DNA of 64,000 nucleotides from Candidatus Poribacteria bacterium (GTDB lineage Bacteria; Poribacteria; WGA-4E; WGA-3G). Shown here piece by piece: positions 38,253 to 46,878 of this stretch (the stretch's first letter is position 1; the number at the start of each line of letters is the position of its first letter). The notes below the pieces were generated by a model. It worked only from the letters and a program-made list of their open reading frames with translations. It was not told the DNA's origin and ran no database searches. The position numbers and the translations under genes are program-made. The DNA is taken from the NCBI GenBank assembly GCA_965214095.1, contig OZ243938.1:2432001-2496000 (forward strand), in the 5' to 3' direction.

Positions 38253-39473
38253 ATGCCAAGATTTCAATATGAAGCTATGACCAGTGGCGGACAAACGGTC
38301 AACAACACCTTAGAAGCAGATTCCAGAGGAGAGTGTATTTCCCTACTGCAACAGATGGGATACTTTCCCACGAAAGTTGAAGAAGAGGGAGAGGTGCTTG
38401 AAGCCAAAGCAAAACGGTTATTTAGCATCGGTACTGCGAAAATCAAGCCGGCTGAAGTTGAGTTCTTCACATACCAATTGGCAGCCTTAGTGAATGCTCA
38501 CGTTGCACTTCCGCGTGCAATAGAGGTGACATTAGAACAGATTTCAAATCCAGAGTTAAACCGCGTTGTCTCCCAGGTCAAATACGATGTTGAACACGGC
38601 GCAACTTTTAACGATGCATTGCAAGAACATCCCAAAGTCTTTTCTGAACTCTATGTTAACATGGTAAAAGCGGGAGAAGCAGGGGGTGTATTAGGAGAGG
38701 TATTAGAACGTTTGGCAGAATTCGCTGAAAAGCAGCGAATTCTCAAAAACCAGGTCGTTTCGGCTCTGTTTTATCCGGCTATTCTCTTCGGACTTATGAT
38801 GTTATCCGTTGCTGTTTTGATGATCTTTGTCATTCCGAAGTTCACGATGATGTTTGATGACCTTGGTGGTGAATTGCCACTTCCAACTCTTATCCTTATC
38901 GGTATTTCAGATACATTGGCAAGTTATTGGTGGATAGGGATTTTAGTCGCTGCGCCTATTTTTATATTACTCAGAAATTATTTGCAGACAGATAACGGCA
39001 GAATGCAATTTGATAAATTAAAGACAAAGTTACCACTTGTAGGTGAAATATTTAGCACCTTTGCTATCGTCCGATTTACGCGTACATTAGCAACGCTTTT
39101 GGAAAACGGTGTCCGCATGCTTCCTGCCCTAAATGTTGTTAAAGATACAATCGGTAACAAGTTTTACAGTAATATTATTGCTGAAACAGAAATAGAAGTG
39201 GAACAAGGATCAACACTTTCACGCGAACTTGAGCAACGAGAAGACTTTCCTACACTCGTCACACACATGATCGCTGTCGGTGAGGAATCTGGTGAACCTG
39301 TTACAATGTTAACAAAATTGTCTGATTACTACGACATGGAGATCAAGAAAAGTCTTGAACGGGTGACGGGTTCAATCGGTCCTTTAGTTATTCTGATAAT
39401 GGGTTTACTCATCGGATTTATCGCTGTAGCAATGATTCTACCTATATTTGAGGTAAACAAGTTGATAGAATAG
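38253..39473 (+). CDS. gspF: T2SS inner membrane platform protein GspF
   Basis: AGEAGG.L..VL.RLA, SALFYP, GEESG, AMILPIF. Confidence 0.92.
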   Translation: MPRFQYEAMTSGGQTVNNTLEADSRGECISLLQQMGYFPTKVEEEGEVLEAKAKRLFSIGTAKIKPAEVEFFTYQLAALVNAHVALPRAIEVTLEQISNPELNRVVSQVKYDVEHGATFNDALQEHPKVFSELYVNMVKAGEAGGVLGEVLERLAEFAEKQRILKNQVVSALFYPAILFGLMMLSVAVLMIFVIPKFTMMFDDLGGELPLPTLILIGISDTLASYWWIGILVAAPIFILLRNYLQTDNGRMQFDKLKTKLPLVGEIFSTFAIVRFTRTLATLLENGVRMLPALNVVKDTIGNKFYSNIIAETEIEVEQGSTLSRELEQREDFPTLVTHMIAVGEESGEPVTMLTKLSDYYDMEIKKSLERVTGSIGPLVILIMGLLIGFIAVAMILPIFEVNKLIE

Positions 39474-39509
39474 TCCGACAGATGTTACGGTTTTCAAGGT
39501 TAATTATCT

Positions 39510-39536
39510 AAACTATCACAGTAAATATGTGTCTAA
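39510..39536 (+). promoter_or_regulatory. Putative internal ECF-sigma promoter for gspG
   Basis: AAACTA-N15-GTCTAA. Confidence 0.45.
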
Positions 39537-39598
39537 ACACAGACAAGTTTTACAAATAACCTAAATACAAGAATGTGTGCACTGCACAAACATAAGGA

Positions 39599-40066
39599 GT
39601 GAGTTACATGTTTAAAAAACTTAGAACAGACGAATCAGGACTAACACTGATTGAACTAACGATCGTAATAGCGATCTTAGGTATTTTGGCTGCATTTATA
39701 GCACCGCGGGTAATAACTGCAATTGACGACGCTAAGGTCGGAAAAGCACGCACAGAAATTGCTAATCTCAGAGTATCTTTATCTAAATTTTCAGTAGATG
39801 TTGGTAGATATCCATCATCTGAAGAGGGATTGGATGCATTGTGGCGTTCTCCGAGCCAAGAACTTACAAGTTGGAGAGGACCTTACGTGGAAGACCCAAT
39901 ATCCGTTGATCCATGGAACAACGAATACATCTATAGGTTCCCTGGAACACACTATGGATATGATTACGACCTGATGTCTTACGGTCGAGATGGTAAACTT
40001 GGAGGTGAAGATCTTGATAAAGATATCACCAACTGGGTTGAAGAACAGGAAGCTGGCACCCAGTAG
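39599..40066 (+). CDS. gspG: T2SS major pseudopilin GspG
   Basis: G|LTLIE prepilin site; GRYPSSEEGLDAL, WRGPY, DPWNNEY, SYGRDG.GG...DI.NW. Start may be ATG 39608. Confidence 0.92.
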   Translation: MSYMFKKLRTDESGLTLIELTIVIAILGILAAFIAPRVITAIDDAKVGKARTEIANLRVSLSKFSVDVGRYPSSEEGLDALWRSPSQELTSWRGPYVEDPISVDPWNNEYIYRFPGTHYGYDYDLMSYGRDGKLGGEDLDKDITNWVEEQEAGTQ

Positions 40067-40097
40067 ACCTTTGTTTTTAAATATAATAAATCCACAC

Positions 40098-40727
40098 ATG
40101 ATGAAAGGTTCTCTGAGACGAACCTCCTATAATACTGAAGGTGGTTTTAGTCTTATGGAAATCATGGTGGTATTGGCGATTATTGCCGTATTGTCCTCAA
40201 TATCTGCACCTGCTTTACGAGGGTTTGCCGCAACACGTCGTTTAAAGACCGCTGCAGAGGCTGTTGCTGATACACTCACATTCGCTCGTGACATGGCAAT
40301 AACTGAACGCAATACACACCTGGTTGTTTTTGATATGGATGCAAATAGATATTGGTTAGCATCCAGTGAAACTTTTGACATACAAAATCCAGCAGCTTCA
40401 GCGGGAAGAACCATAGAAACTAATCAAGCAAATGGTCAACAAATGATGGTCTCACGGACTGATGGAGTCATGGGAATCCCAAGACCTCTAAATCGAGGTG
40501 TTTCCATTTCGTCTTTCGTTACAACACATAACGGCGTGAGCCAGCAGATTATTTCTGGTGTGGACTACGTTTATTTTACGCCGACAGCAACATCGGTAGA
40601 TGCTGTTGTGTATTTACAAAACCTTAATGATGTTGTCATTGCAATTACTGTGGAGGCAGCCACTGGACGATCCAGTATAGAGGAACTGTCACCGCAACAA
40701 ATTCAAACCTTGGGATTAGGAAACTAA
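40098..40727 (+). CDS. gspH: Minor pseudopilin GspH/FimT-like
   Basis: G|FSLMEIMVVLAII; L.FAR..AI. Confidence 0.8.
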   Translation: MMKGSLRRTSYNTEGGFSLMEIMVVLAIIAVLSSISAPALRGFAATRRLKTAAEAVADTLTFARDMAITERNTHLVVFDMDANRYWLASSETFDIQNPAASAGRTIETNQANGQQMMVSRTDGVMGIPRPLNRGVSISSFVTTHNGVSQQIISGVDYVYFTPTATSVDAVVYLQNLNDVVIAITVEAATGRSSIEELSPQQIQTLGLGN

Positions 40728-40734
40728 ATGTATC

Positions 40735-41142
40735 ATGTCTAAACAACATGCTTACTCTCGTGAAGAGGGTTATACACTCGCAGAAATACTTGTAACCATA
40801 GCAATTATGGCTGCTATCTTGCCGGCACTGTTAAAGGTCTTTAGTGACACCTCAAGCAACATCGGCAGATCTGATCACCGTATCACTGCTCTCTATCTGC
40901 TCCAATCTAAGATGGCAGAGATTGAAGCAAACGGTTTCCCAGAAGTCGGTCCAGAGAATGATGTGTTTGGTGGCACCTCTATTTTTGAATGGCAATCTGT
41001 CGTATCAGATATAGAAACTGAGGAAATGTTGCCACTGCGAAAGGTTGAATTAACTGTTTCTTGGGAACATTTGAACAAGGTGGATTCAATTAGTGTGTTT
41101 ACCTATATGGCAGACCGAGCAGCTCAACAACAGGAACAATAA
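40735..41142 (+). CDS. gspI: Minor pseudopilin GspI-like
   Basis: G|YTLAEILVTIAI; LRKVELTVSW. Confidence 0.8.
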   Translation: MSKQHAYSREEGYTLAEILVTIAIMAAILPALLKVFSDTSSNIGRSDHRITALYLLQSKMAEIEANGFPEVGPENDVFGGTSIFEWQSVVSDIETEEMLPLRKVELTVSWEHLNKVDSISVFTYMADRAAQQQEQ

Positions 41143-41189
41143 ATAAAGTGTCTGTAGCAATACAAGACTGTTACTGTGGTAAAAGTATT

Positions 41190-42062
41190 ATGAGAAACCT
41201 GCTAAAGAAGTGCGAAAGTGGACTTACACTCGTTGAGATGCTGACAGCAGTTAGTGTCATTATAATTATGGGTGGTGCCTCTTACGCCGTCTTCAATACA
41301 GCAATTGATACATATCATCTTGCAGAGTCTAAATTAATTCAGGCACAACGTGTCCGTTTCGCCTTAGACAAGATAACTAAAGACTTAAGCCAGATACAAG
41401 CAGATACATCAGATGAAATGTTAGCAATCTTTTCCCAAGACTCGCCTACTGCTGCAGGTGATACGGATATACTTAGTGTTGTCACATTGGTTAAAACAGA
41501 CCCGGAATTGTTTGCCGAACAGATACGCGTTAGGAGAGACTCAACACAGAAACCGACTTTGAGCGATGTTAGACGTGTGGTGTATTATGTAGGGACGAAG
41601 ATACCTATAGAGATGAGACAAAATGAGTCATATATTCCGCCCCCTTATACGGCTTCTCAAGTAACCGGACAAAACGCCTCTGCACCAGACTCACTAACAC
41701 TTTACCGTATCGTAACGACTGCATTAGACCCTGAATTAGTTGTTGACGCATTTATGAATTCTGGAACGATCCCACAAGTTGATGAAAGTGGTGCACCGCT
41801 TCACTTTGAAGTAACACCAATAGTTAATGGTATCGTTAACTTTGATCTTAAGTATTATGATGCAGAAGCTCCTTATGATATGTGGGAACAGACAGATGCG
41901 ATACCTCTTATCGTTCAAATATTCATCAGCGTGATTGATGAAGAAGCGAGACAAACTGCACAAACACAAACTCTTGTTCAAACTCCAGGAGAAATACCAT
42001 CAGACGCGTTAACTCAATCAATTATGGTGCATCTGCCGCCAAGCGCAAATGCTTCTGAGTAA
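41190..42062 (+). CDS. gspJ: Minor pseudopilin GspJ-like
   Basis: G|LTLVEML; LDKITKDL; FDLKYYD..W...IP..VQI. Start 41148 or 41190. Confidence 0.8.
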   Translation: MRNLLKKCESGLTLVEMLTAVSVIIIMGGASYAVFNTAIDTYHLAESKLIQAQRVRFALDKITKDLSQIQADTSDEMLAIFSQDSPTAAGDTDILSVVTLVKTDPELFAEQIRVRRDSTQKPTLSDVRRVVYYVGTKIPIEMRQNESYIPPPYTASQVTGQNASAPDSLTLYRIVTTALDPELVVDAFMNSGTIPQVDESGAPLHFEVTPIVNGIVNFDLKYYDAEAPYDMWEQTDAIPLIVQIFISVIDEEARQTAQTQTLVQTPGEIPSDALTQSIMVHLPPSANASE

Positions 42063-42074
42063 CAAAAGGATAGG

Positions 42075-43673
42075 ATGCATAAATTAACTTCTCGTCCTCA
42101 GTTTGAATATTCCAATTTCGGGTTGACCTGTTTACGAAATACGAATGGGTTATCGCTGATTTCAACACTATGGATTCTGACCGTCCTTTCTGTTTTGGCG
42201 ATGCAGATGTTGTATTCTTACGAGCTTGAGAATAAAGCACAACGGAACTTTTTTGACAGAGTTAAACATCATTATGCAGCAAAGACAGGTTTTGAGTTGG
42301 GTGTTGCAAAATTAGCCGTAGATGAAACCAATTTTGACTCAACCGGAGAATCGTGGGCTGAACCGATCCAACAGCAAATTGAGGATGGTATACAACTTGG
42401 TGGATTCATTAACTATCAGGTGAACATTACAGATGAAGGGACAAAGATTAATCTCAATGCGGCTGAAGAAGATCAGATCCGCAATCTAATCTCGTTTTTA
42501 GGAGCACAACCAGAAATCAATGAATTAGGCGACCTTGCAACACGAATTATTGAGGGACGACCCTACCGTACTATCCGAGATGTAGCACGTGTACAAGGAA
42601 TGACAGACGAAATACTTTACGGATTACAACAACAAGCTGCAGCGGAAGAAGCGACAAGTGGGACCGCATCTATGCCAAGTGGATCCGCAACCCTAACAAA
42701 TACTCCCGATACTGTACTTCCACCAACGTTAACAATGACAAGTGCCGGTGGTCTTGTGAATGTTGCGACCGTCAGTTCCGTTGACACGAACACAGATGCA
42801 AATGGGGAACAACGCGTAAATATCAATTCAGCAAATGCAAATCAGATACAGCAGATTCAATCTAATAACAATCAGAATGTTTTTTCACAAGGTGAGGCAA
42901 ATGCAATTATTCAGAGTCGTAATCACAGCGGGATTTCTGCTTTGTTAGATGTCCAAGTTGTATCTGACAATGTATTTAATAACATTCAGAACCAAATTTC
43001 TGTTCAAGATACTGCCAGTAGTAATGATTTTGGTTTTGGTGGTGGAGATGATTTTGGTTTTGGTGGTGGAAGAAATAACAATAACTTTGAAGAAAATAGT
43101 GGAAATTCAAATGTTAATATCAATACCGCAAGTTCACAAGACCTTCAGGAACTTAATGGCATTGATAGTGGCATCGCTGACAGGATTATTGCCCACCGAA
43201 ACTCTCAAGGTAATTTCCAAAACATAGATGCAATTAAACAGGTAAGGTTACTAACTGTTCGTGAACTCGCAAATATCGCTGATAAAGTAACAACAAGAGA
43301 CGGAGATACGGTAAATGGATTAATCAATATAAATACCGCACCTGTTGAAATATTGCAACTTTTACCGGGAATGGATCAGACGAAAGCACAAGCAATTGTT
43401 GCTCGACGTGAAGAAGAAAACCCAGAAATACAAGAGCAATATGAAGGAACAGTTAAAGGTAACCCGTTCAGTGACATTGCCCAACTATTGGATATTGATG
43501 AAATTGATGATCAAACCTTCCGAGAAGTGGTGGATTGGGTTACATATCGTTCACACGGATATCGTATTGTATCCTCTGGGATTGATGCAAGTGGGAAAGT
43601 AGTAGCAACATGTGTAGGAATCGTTGTGCGAAATGGGGACCAATTAACTATTCCATATTGGCGGCAAGACTAA
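42075..43673 (+). CDS. gspK: Minor pseudopilin GspK with expanded HhH/SAM-like repeats
   Basis: G|LSLISTLWIL (no E5), ESWA, ITDEGTKINLN, four IN(I/L)N.A repeats, YWRQD C-terminus. Confidence 0.85.
   Translation: MHKLTSRPQFEYSNFGLTCLRNTNGLSLISTLWILTVLSVLAMQMLYSYELENKAQRNFFDRVKHHYAAKTGFELGVAKLAVDETNFDSTGESWAEPIQQQIEDGIQLGGFINYQVNITDEGTKINLNAAEEDQIRNLISFLGAQPEINELGDLATRIIEGRPYRTIRDVARVQGMTDEILYGLQQQAAAEEATSGTASMPSGSATLTNTPDTVLPPTLTMTSAGGLVNVATVSSVDTNTDANGEQRVNINSANANQIQQIQSNNNQNVFSQGEANAIIQSRNHSGISALLDVQVVSDNVFNNIQNQISVQDTASSNDFGFGGGDDFGFGGGRNNNNFEENSGNSNVNINTASSQDLQELNGIDSGIADRIIAHRNSQGNFQNIDAIKQVRLLTVRELANIADKVTTRDGDTVNGLININTAPVEILQLLPGMDQTKAQAIVARREEENPEIQEQYEGTVKGNPFSDIAQLLDIDEIDDQTFREVVDWVTYRSHGYRIVSSGIDASGKVVATCVGIVVRNGDQLTIPYWRQD
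43024..43071 (+). repeat. 24-bp tandem duplication in gspK (DFGFGGG x2)
   Basis: ATGATTTTGGTTTTGGTGGTGGA(G/A) twice. Confidence 0.85.
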
Positions 43674-43714
43674 CAACCAATATTCATTATTGTTCATAAT
43701 AGAGGCAATCATAA

Positions 43715-45469
43715 ATGGCAAAAAATCAGGTTGTAGCAATAGACATCGGTAATACAAACGTAAAAATACTCTACATTGAGAAAACACCTGAAGGATTACG
43801 TTTGGCTGGGGCAGGTGTTTCTTCTATCACGAACCCTGAAAACATAGAACAAACAGCTGCTACCATCAAAGAATTATGGAACCGTCTCGGTATTAAGCAA
43901 AACATATTCAACAAGCATAGAATGGAAGTTGCAATTTCTCTACCCAGAGGTTCTGTAGTTACGAAACGTTTACCTAATTTACCCGCTTCAACAACAGATG
44001 CTCAGTTGCCTTCAATAATTGAAATGGCTGCTGAAACAGAACTTCCTTTTCAGCCAGATGAGTCTGTCTTTACATACCACGATGTTCAACGTTCAACAGA
44101 AAGTGTCTCTGTTGAATTGGTTTCAACGCGGCGCGATACAGTAACACGGTATACAGAAACAATCGCAGCAACTGGTAATACTCCCTCAGCAATTATTCCT
44201 TCCATGTTAGCCATCGGAACAGTTGCCCGTGATGCATTAACTAATCCAGAAGCGCGAACAATTATCGTAGACGTTGGGGCAGGACATACAGACTTCTGTT
44301 TAATGAATGGTAATACACTGCAATTTTCACGCGGATTTTCTGTCAGTGGTAACCATCTGACACGAACCCTTATGACAGAACTCCAGGTTGACGCAGAAAC
44401 GGCTGAACAAGAAAAACAAAACATTCCAGCTAATCAACTGCCTACCCGAACCTGGACGAGAAATTTCATCGCAGAAATAGAACGTTCCATCGCTGCAGCG
44501 CAACGCGAAATAAACGATGAGCAATTTGGTGAAATTGATGAAGTATGGTTATGTGGTGGTGGGGCAAGAGTACCAGAATTAGTCGAAACATGTCAGGAAC
44601 AACTCCAAATACCAACAAGACGCTGGAATCCCCTGCAAGCGGGTGTTCTGGATACAAGTAGCATCGATTCATCAATACTTGAAACCTATGGTGACACACT
44701 GGCAATACCATTAGGGATTGGACTACATGTATTAGAAACTGAAAAACCTATATCACTGTTGCCAACAGAGGTAGGTGCAAAACGCGCAGAATCTACCCGA
44801 AAACACCAACAACTTATCGCTGCCGGAATTACTGGCTTTGTTATTCTCGTGTTAGTACTTAGCGGAATTACATTTAGCAGATCACAAAAATCCAAAGAAG
44901 ACTTTTTAGATCAACGGATAGCCACTTATACAATGCTTCAAAATGATGCAAGCAGGCAACTTGCACGTGAACTAATATTAGTAGACAAATTGACACATCA
45001 AATTTCACCGATAGATGTATTACATGCACTCAGCACACTCTTTAATGATAGAACGAAAGTCGCATGGAAAACATTTGAAATAAGCAATTTAGATGACCTA
45101 GAAAAAGCAAGGATTTCATTTAGTCTACAAGCAAATTCACACGATGCAATTAACTCTATGCCAGAAATCCTAAATCGGACAAATCTGTTTAGCAATATTG
45201 AGACTGGTGAAGTTACGACAACGGGGGATGAAAGGAGACCAACGTTTGAAGTTAAAATCACATGTCGATTGACAAATGAAGCGATCCAATTGTTTGCACA
45301 GAAACGGCATCCGAAACCTGTTATTGAATTCAATGAGGTAATTCCAGAAGACATTAATGAGGAGGTTCCAGATGACATTGATATATCTCCGCCTTCTGAT
45401 CAAATTGAACCGACAGATGAACCTGATGATACGACAACTGATGAAGGAAACGAAGCAGAGGAAGAATAA
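43715..45469 (+). CDS. pilM: PilM-like actin-fold protein fused to a TM and PilN-like domain (GspL equivalent)
   Basis: AIDIGNTNVK, IVDVGAGHT, LCGGGARVP, ISLLP then TM and ferredoxin-like domain. Confidence 0.8.
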   Translation: MAKNQVVAIDIGNTNVKILYIEKTPEGLRLAGAGVSSITNPENIEQTAATIKELWNRLGIKQNIFNKHRMEVAISLPRGSVVTKRLPNLPASTTDAQLPSIIEMAAETELPFQPDESVFTYHDVQRSTESVSVELVSTRRDTVTRYTETIAATGNTPSAIIPSMLAIGTVARDALTNPEARTIIVDVGAGHTDFCLMNGNTLQFSRGFSVSGNHLTRTLMTELQVDAETAEQEKQNIPANQLPTRTWTRNFIAEIERSIAAAQREINDEQFGEIDEVWLCGGGARVPELVETCQEQLQIPTRRWNPLQAGVLDTSSIDSSILETYGDTLAIPLGIGLHVLETEKPISLLPTEVGAKRAESTRKHQQLIAAGITGFVILVLVLSGITFSRSQKSKEDFLDQRIATYTMLQNDASRQLARELILVDKLTHQISPIDVLHALSTLFNDRTKVAWKTFEISNLDDLEKARISFSLQANSHDAINSMPEILNRTNLFSNIETGEVTTTGDERRPTFEVKITCRLTNEAIQLFAQKRHPKPVIEFNEVIPEDINEEVPDDIDISPPSDQIEPTDEPDDTTTDEGNEAEEE

Positions 45470-45528
45470 CAGACAAATTCGCACTTCGTTGCACAAACCA
45501 ACCTACACAAGTAGGTGAGGATATAATC

Positions 45529-46878
45529 GTGAAATTTGATTTTGAACTTACAAACCAAACGAAATTATTGCTCGGAATTCTGTTAGTTGCACTGATAGCA
45601 GCAATAGCAACACAATGGGGACCAGGCATCTATAAACTTGTCTCAAATCCCGCGATGAAAACTAAGAGAGAAACTCTTAAAACATCTAAAGATTTAGTAG
45701 ATGCATCTAAAATACTGAAACCTATTGAGGCAGGGCTGTACCAAAAAACTGGGCTTGCAGATGAGGGAGAAGCTGTCACAATATTTGATGGGAATTACCC
45801 CGCATCAGTCGTGCGTAAGAAAATAGATGGAATCGTAAAAAATGCTGGAATACCTGCAAATTACCAAATAAATTATGAAGTTGTTCCCGGTAAGAAATCT
45901 GAGAGAATCTCTCCTCAGGCACGCGGAAATCTTGCTGTGTTTGCATATCGGCAAAAATTGGAAGCAGAAAAGGTTGACCTCAATGCCGAAATTGCTGCAT
46001 TTGAAGCTGAACTTCAAGCACAATCCGATGCTGATATGGATGTTGAAAGTGATGCCATGGATATGTTTCTTGATGCATGGTTAGATGAGGCAGATGTGGA
46101 ATCCGAAGAATCTAAAGAAACGGAAAAGTCTGAAGATAAAGTTTATGATGAAAAAGAGAAAACCACAGAAACAACTGATGAACAAAAACAGGAAACACCA
46201 GAAAAACCGTCTGATGTTGAGGATGATGTGTCTGATACCGAAAATGATAAGGAAGAAACTCCAGAACCATCTGAAGAATCAGACAAAAATCAAAATGATG
46301 TTGATCTCTTAGCAGATGATAATGTTGAATGGAAATTTGAATCATTACCCGATTCCATGCCAATTTCAATTAGGATTGAACTTATTGATCTCATTTTACC
46401 AATGATAGAACAACATCTCGTTGGAGCTGAGAAAACACTTTTTGAAAAACATTACTTTAAAACTCAAACGAGAACGTCCTCCGGGTTCTTTGGTATCGGT
46501 GCTAAGGAAGCTACGAATGAGATTAGTTTTCGTCCGAATAGCGATGTTCTTGCCAAACTTACAAATCTCATTGATACTTATGGGGAAGAATTAAATAAAC
46601 AACAACTTAGAATTGATTTCCTTGAATATATGGATAGGATTCAATCTCAAATTGAGGAACTCACCCAGAAGTTACAATTGGCACCTACTGTCTATACGCC
46701 AGAAAGTTATTCTGTAAAAATGAAATTTAAAGCGGAAATCGATAAACTCGTTAACTTAAACAAGATAATCGAAACCACAAGCAAATGGTTGATGGTCCGA
46801 GATTTACAAATTTCCACAGATAACAAAGATAATAAGATTAATGTAGAAGTTCTAATGATTGCGAGGGTTTACCAATAA
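45529..46878 (+). CDS. PilO/GspM-like protein with a large acidic insertion
   Basis: N-terminal TM, coiled coil, C-terminal VKMKF...WLMVRDLQI..INVEV; position between pilM/N and secretin. Confidence 0.55.
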   Translation: MKFDFELTNQTKLLLGILLVALIAAIATQWGPGIYKLVSNPAMKTKRETLKTSKDLVDASKILKPIEAGLYQKTGLADEGEAVTIFDGNYPASVVRKKIDGIVKNAGIPANYQINYEVVPGKKSERISPQARGNLAVFAYRQKLEAEKVDLNAEIAAFEAELQAQSDADMDVESDAMDMFLDAWLDEADVESEESKETEKSEDKVYDEKEKTTETTDEQKQETPEKPSDVEDDVSDTENDKEETPEPSEESDKNQNDVDLLADDNVEWKFESLPDSMPISIRIELIDLILPMIEQHLVGAEKTLFEKHYFKTQTRTSSGFFGIGAKEATNEISFRPNSDVLAKLTNLIDTYGEELNKQQLRIDFLEYMDRIQSQIEELTQKLQLAPTVYTPESYSVKMKFKAEIDKLVNLNKIIETTSKWLMVRDLQISTDNKDNKINVEVLMIARVYQ

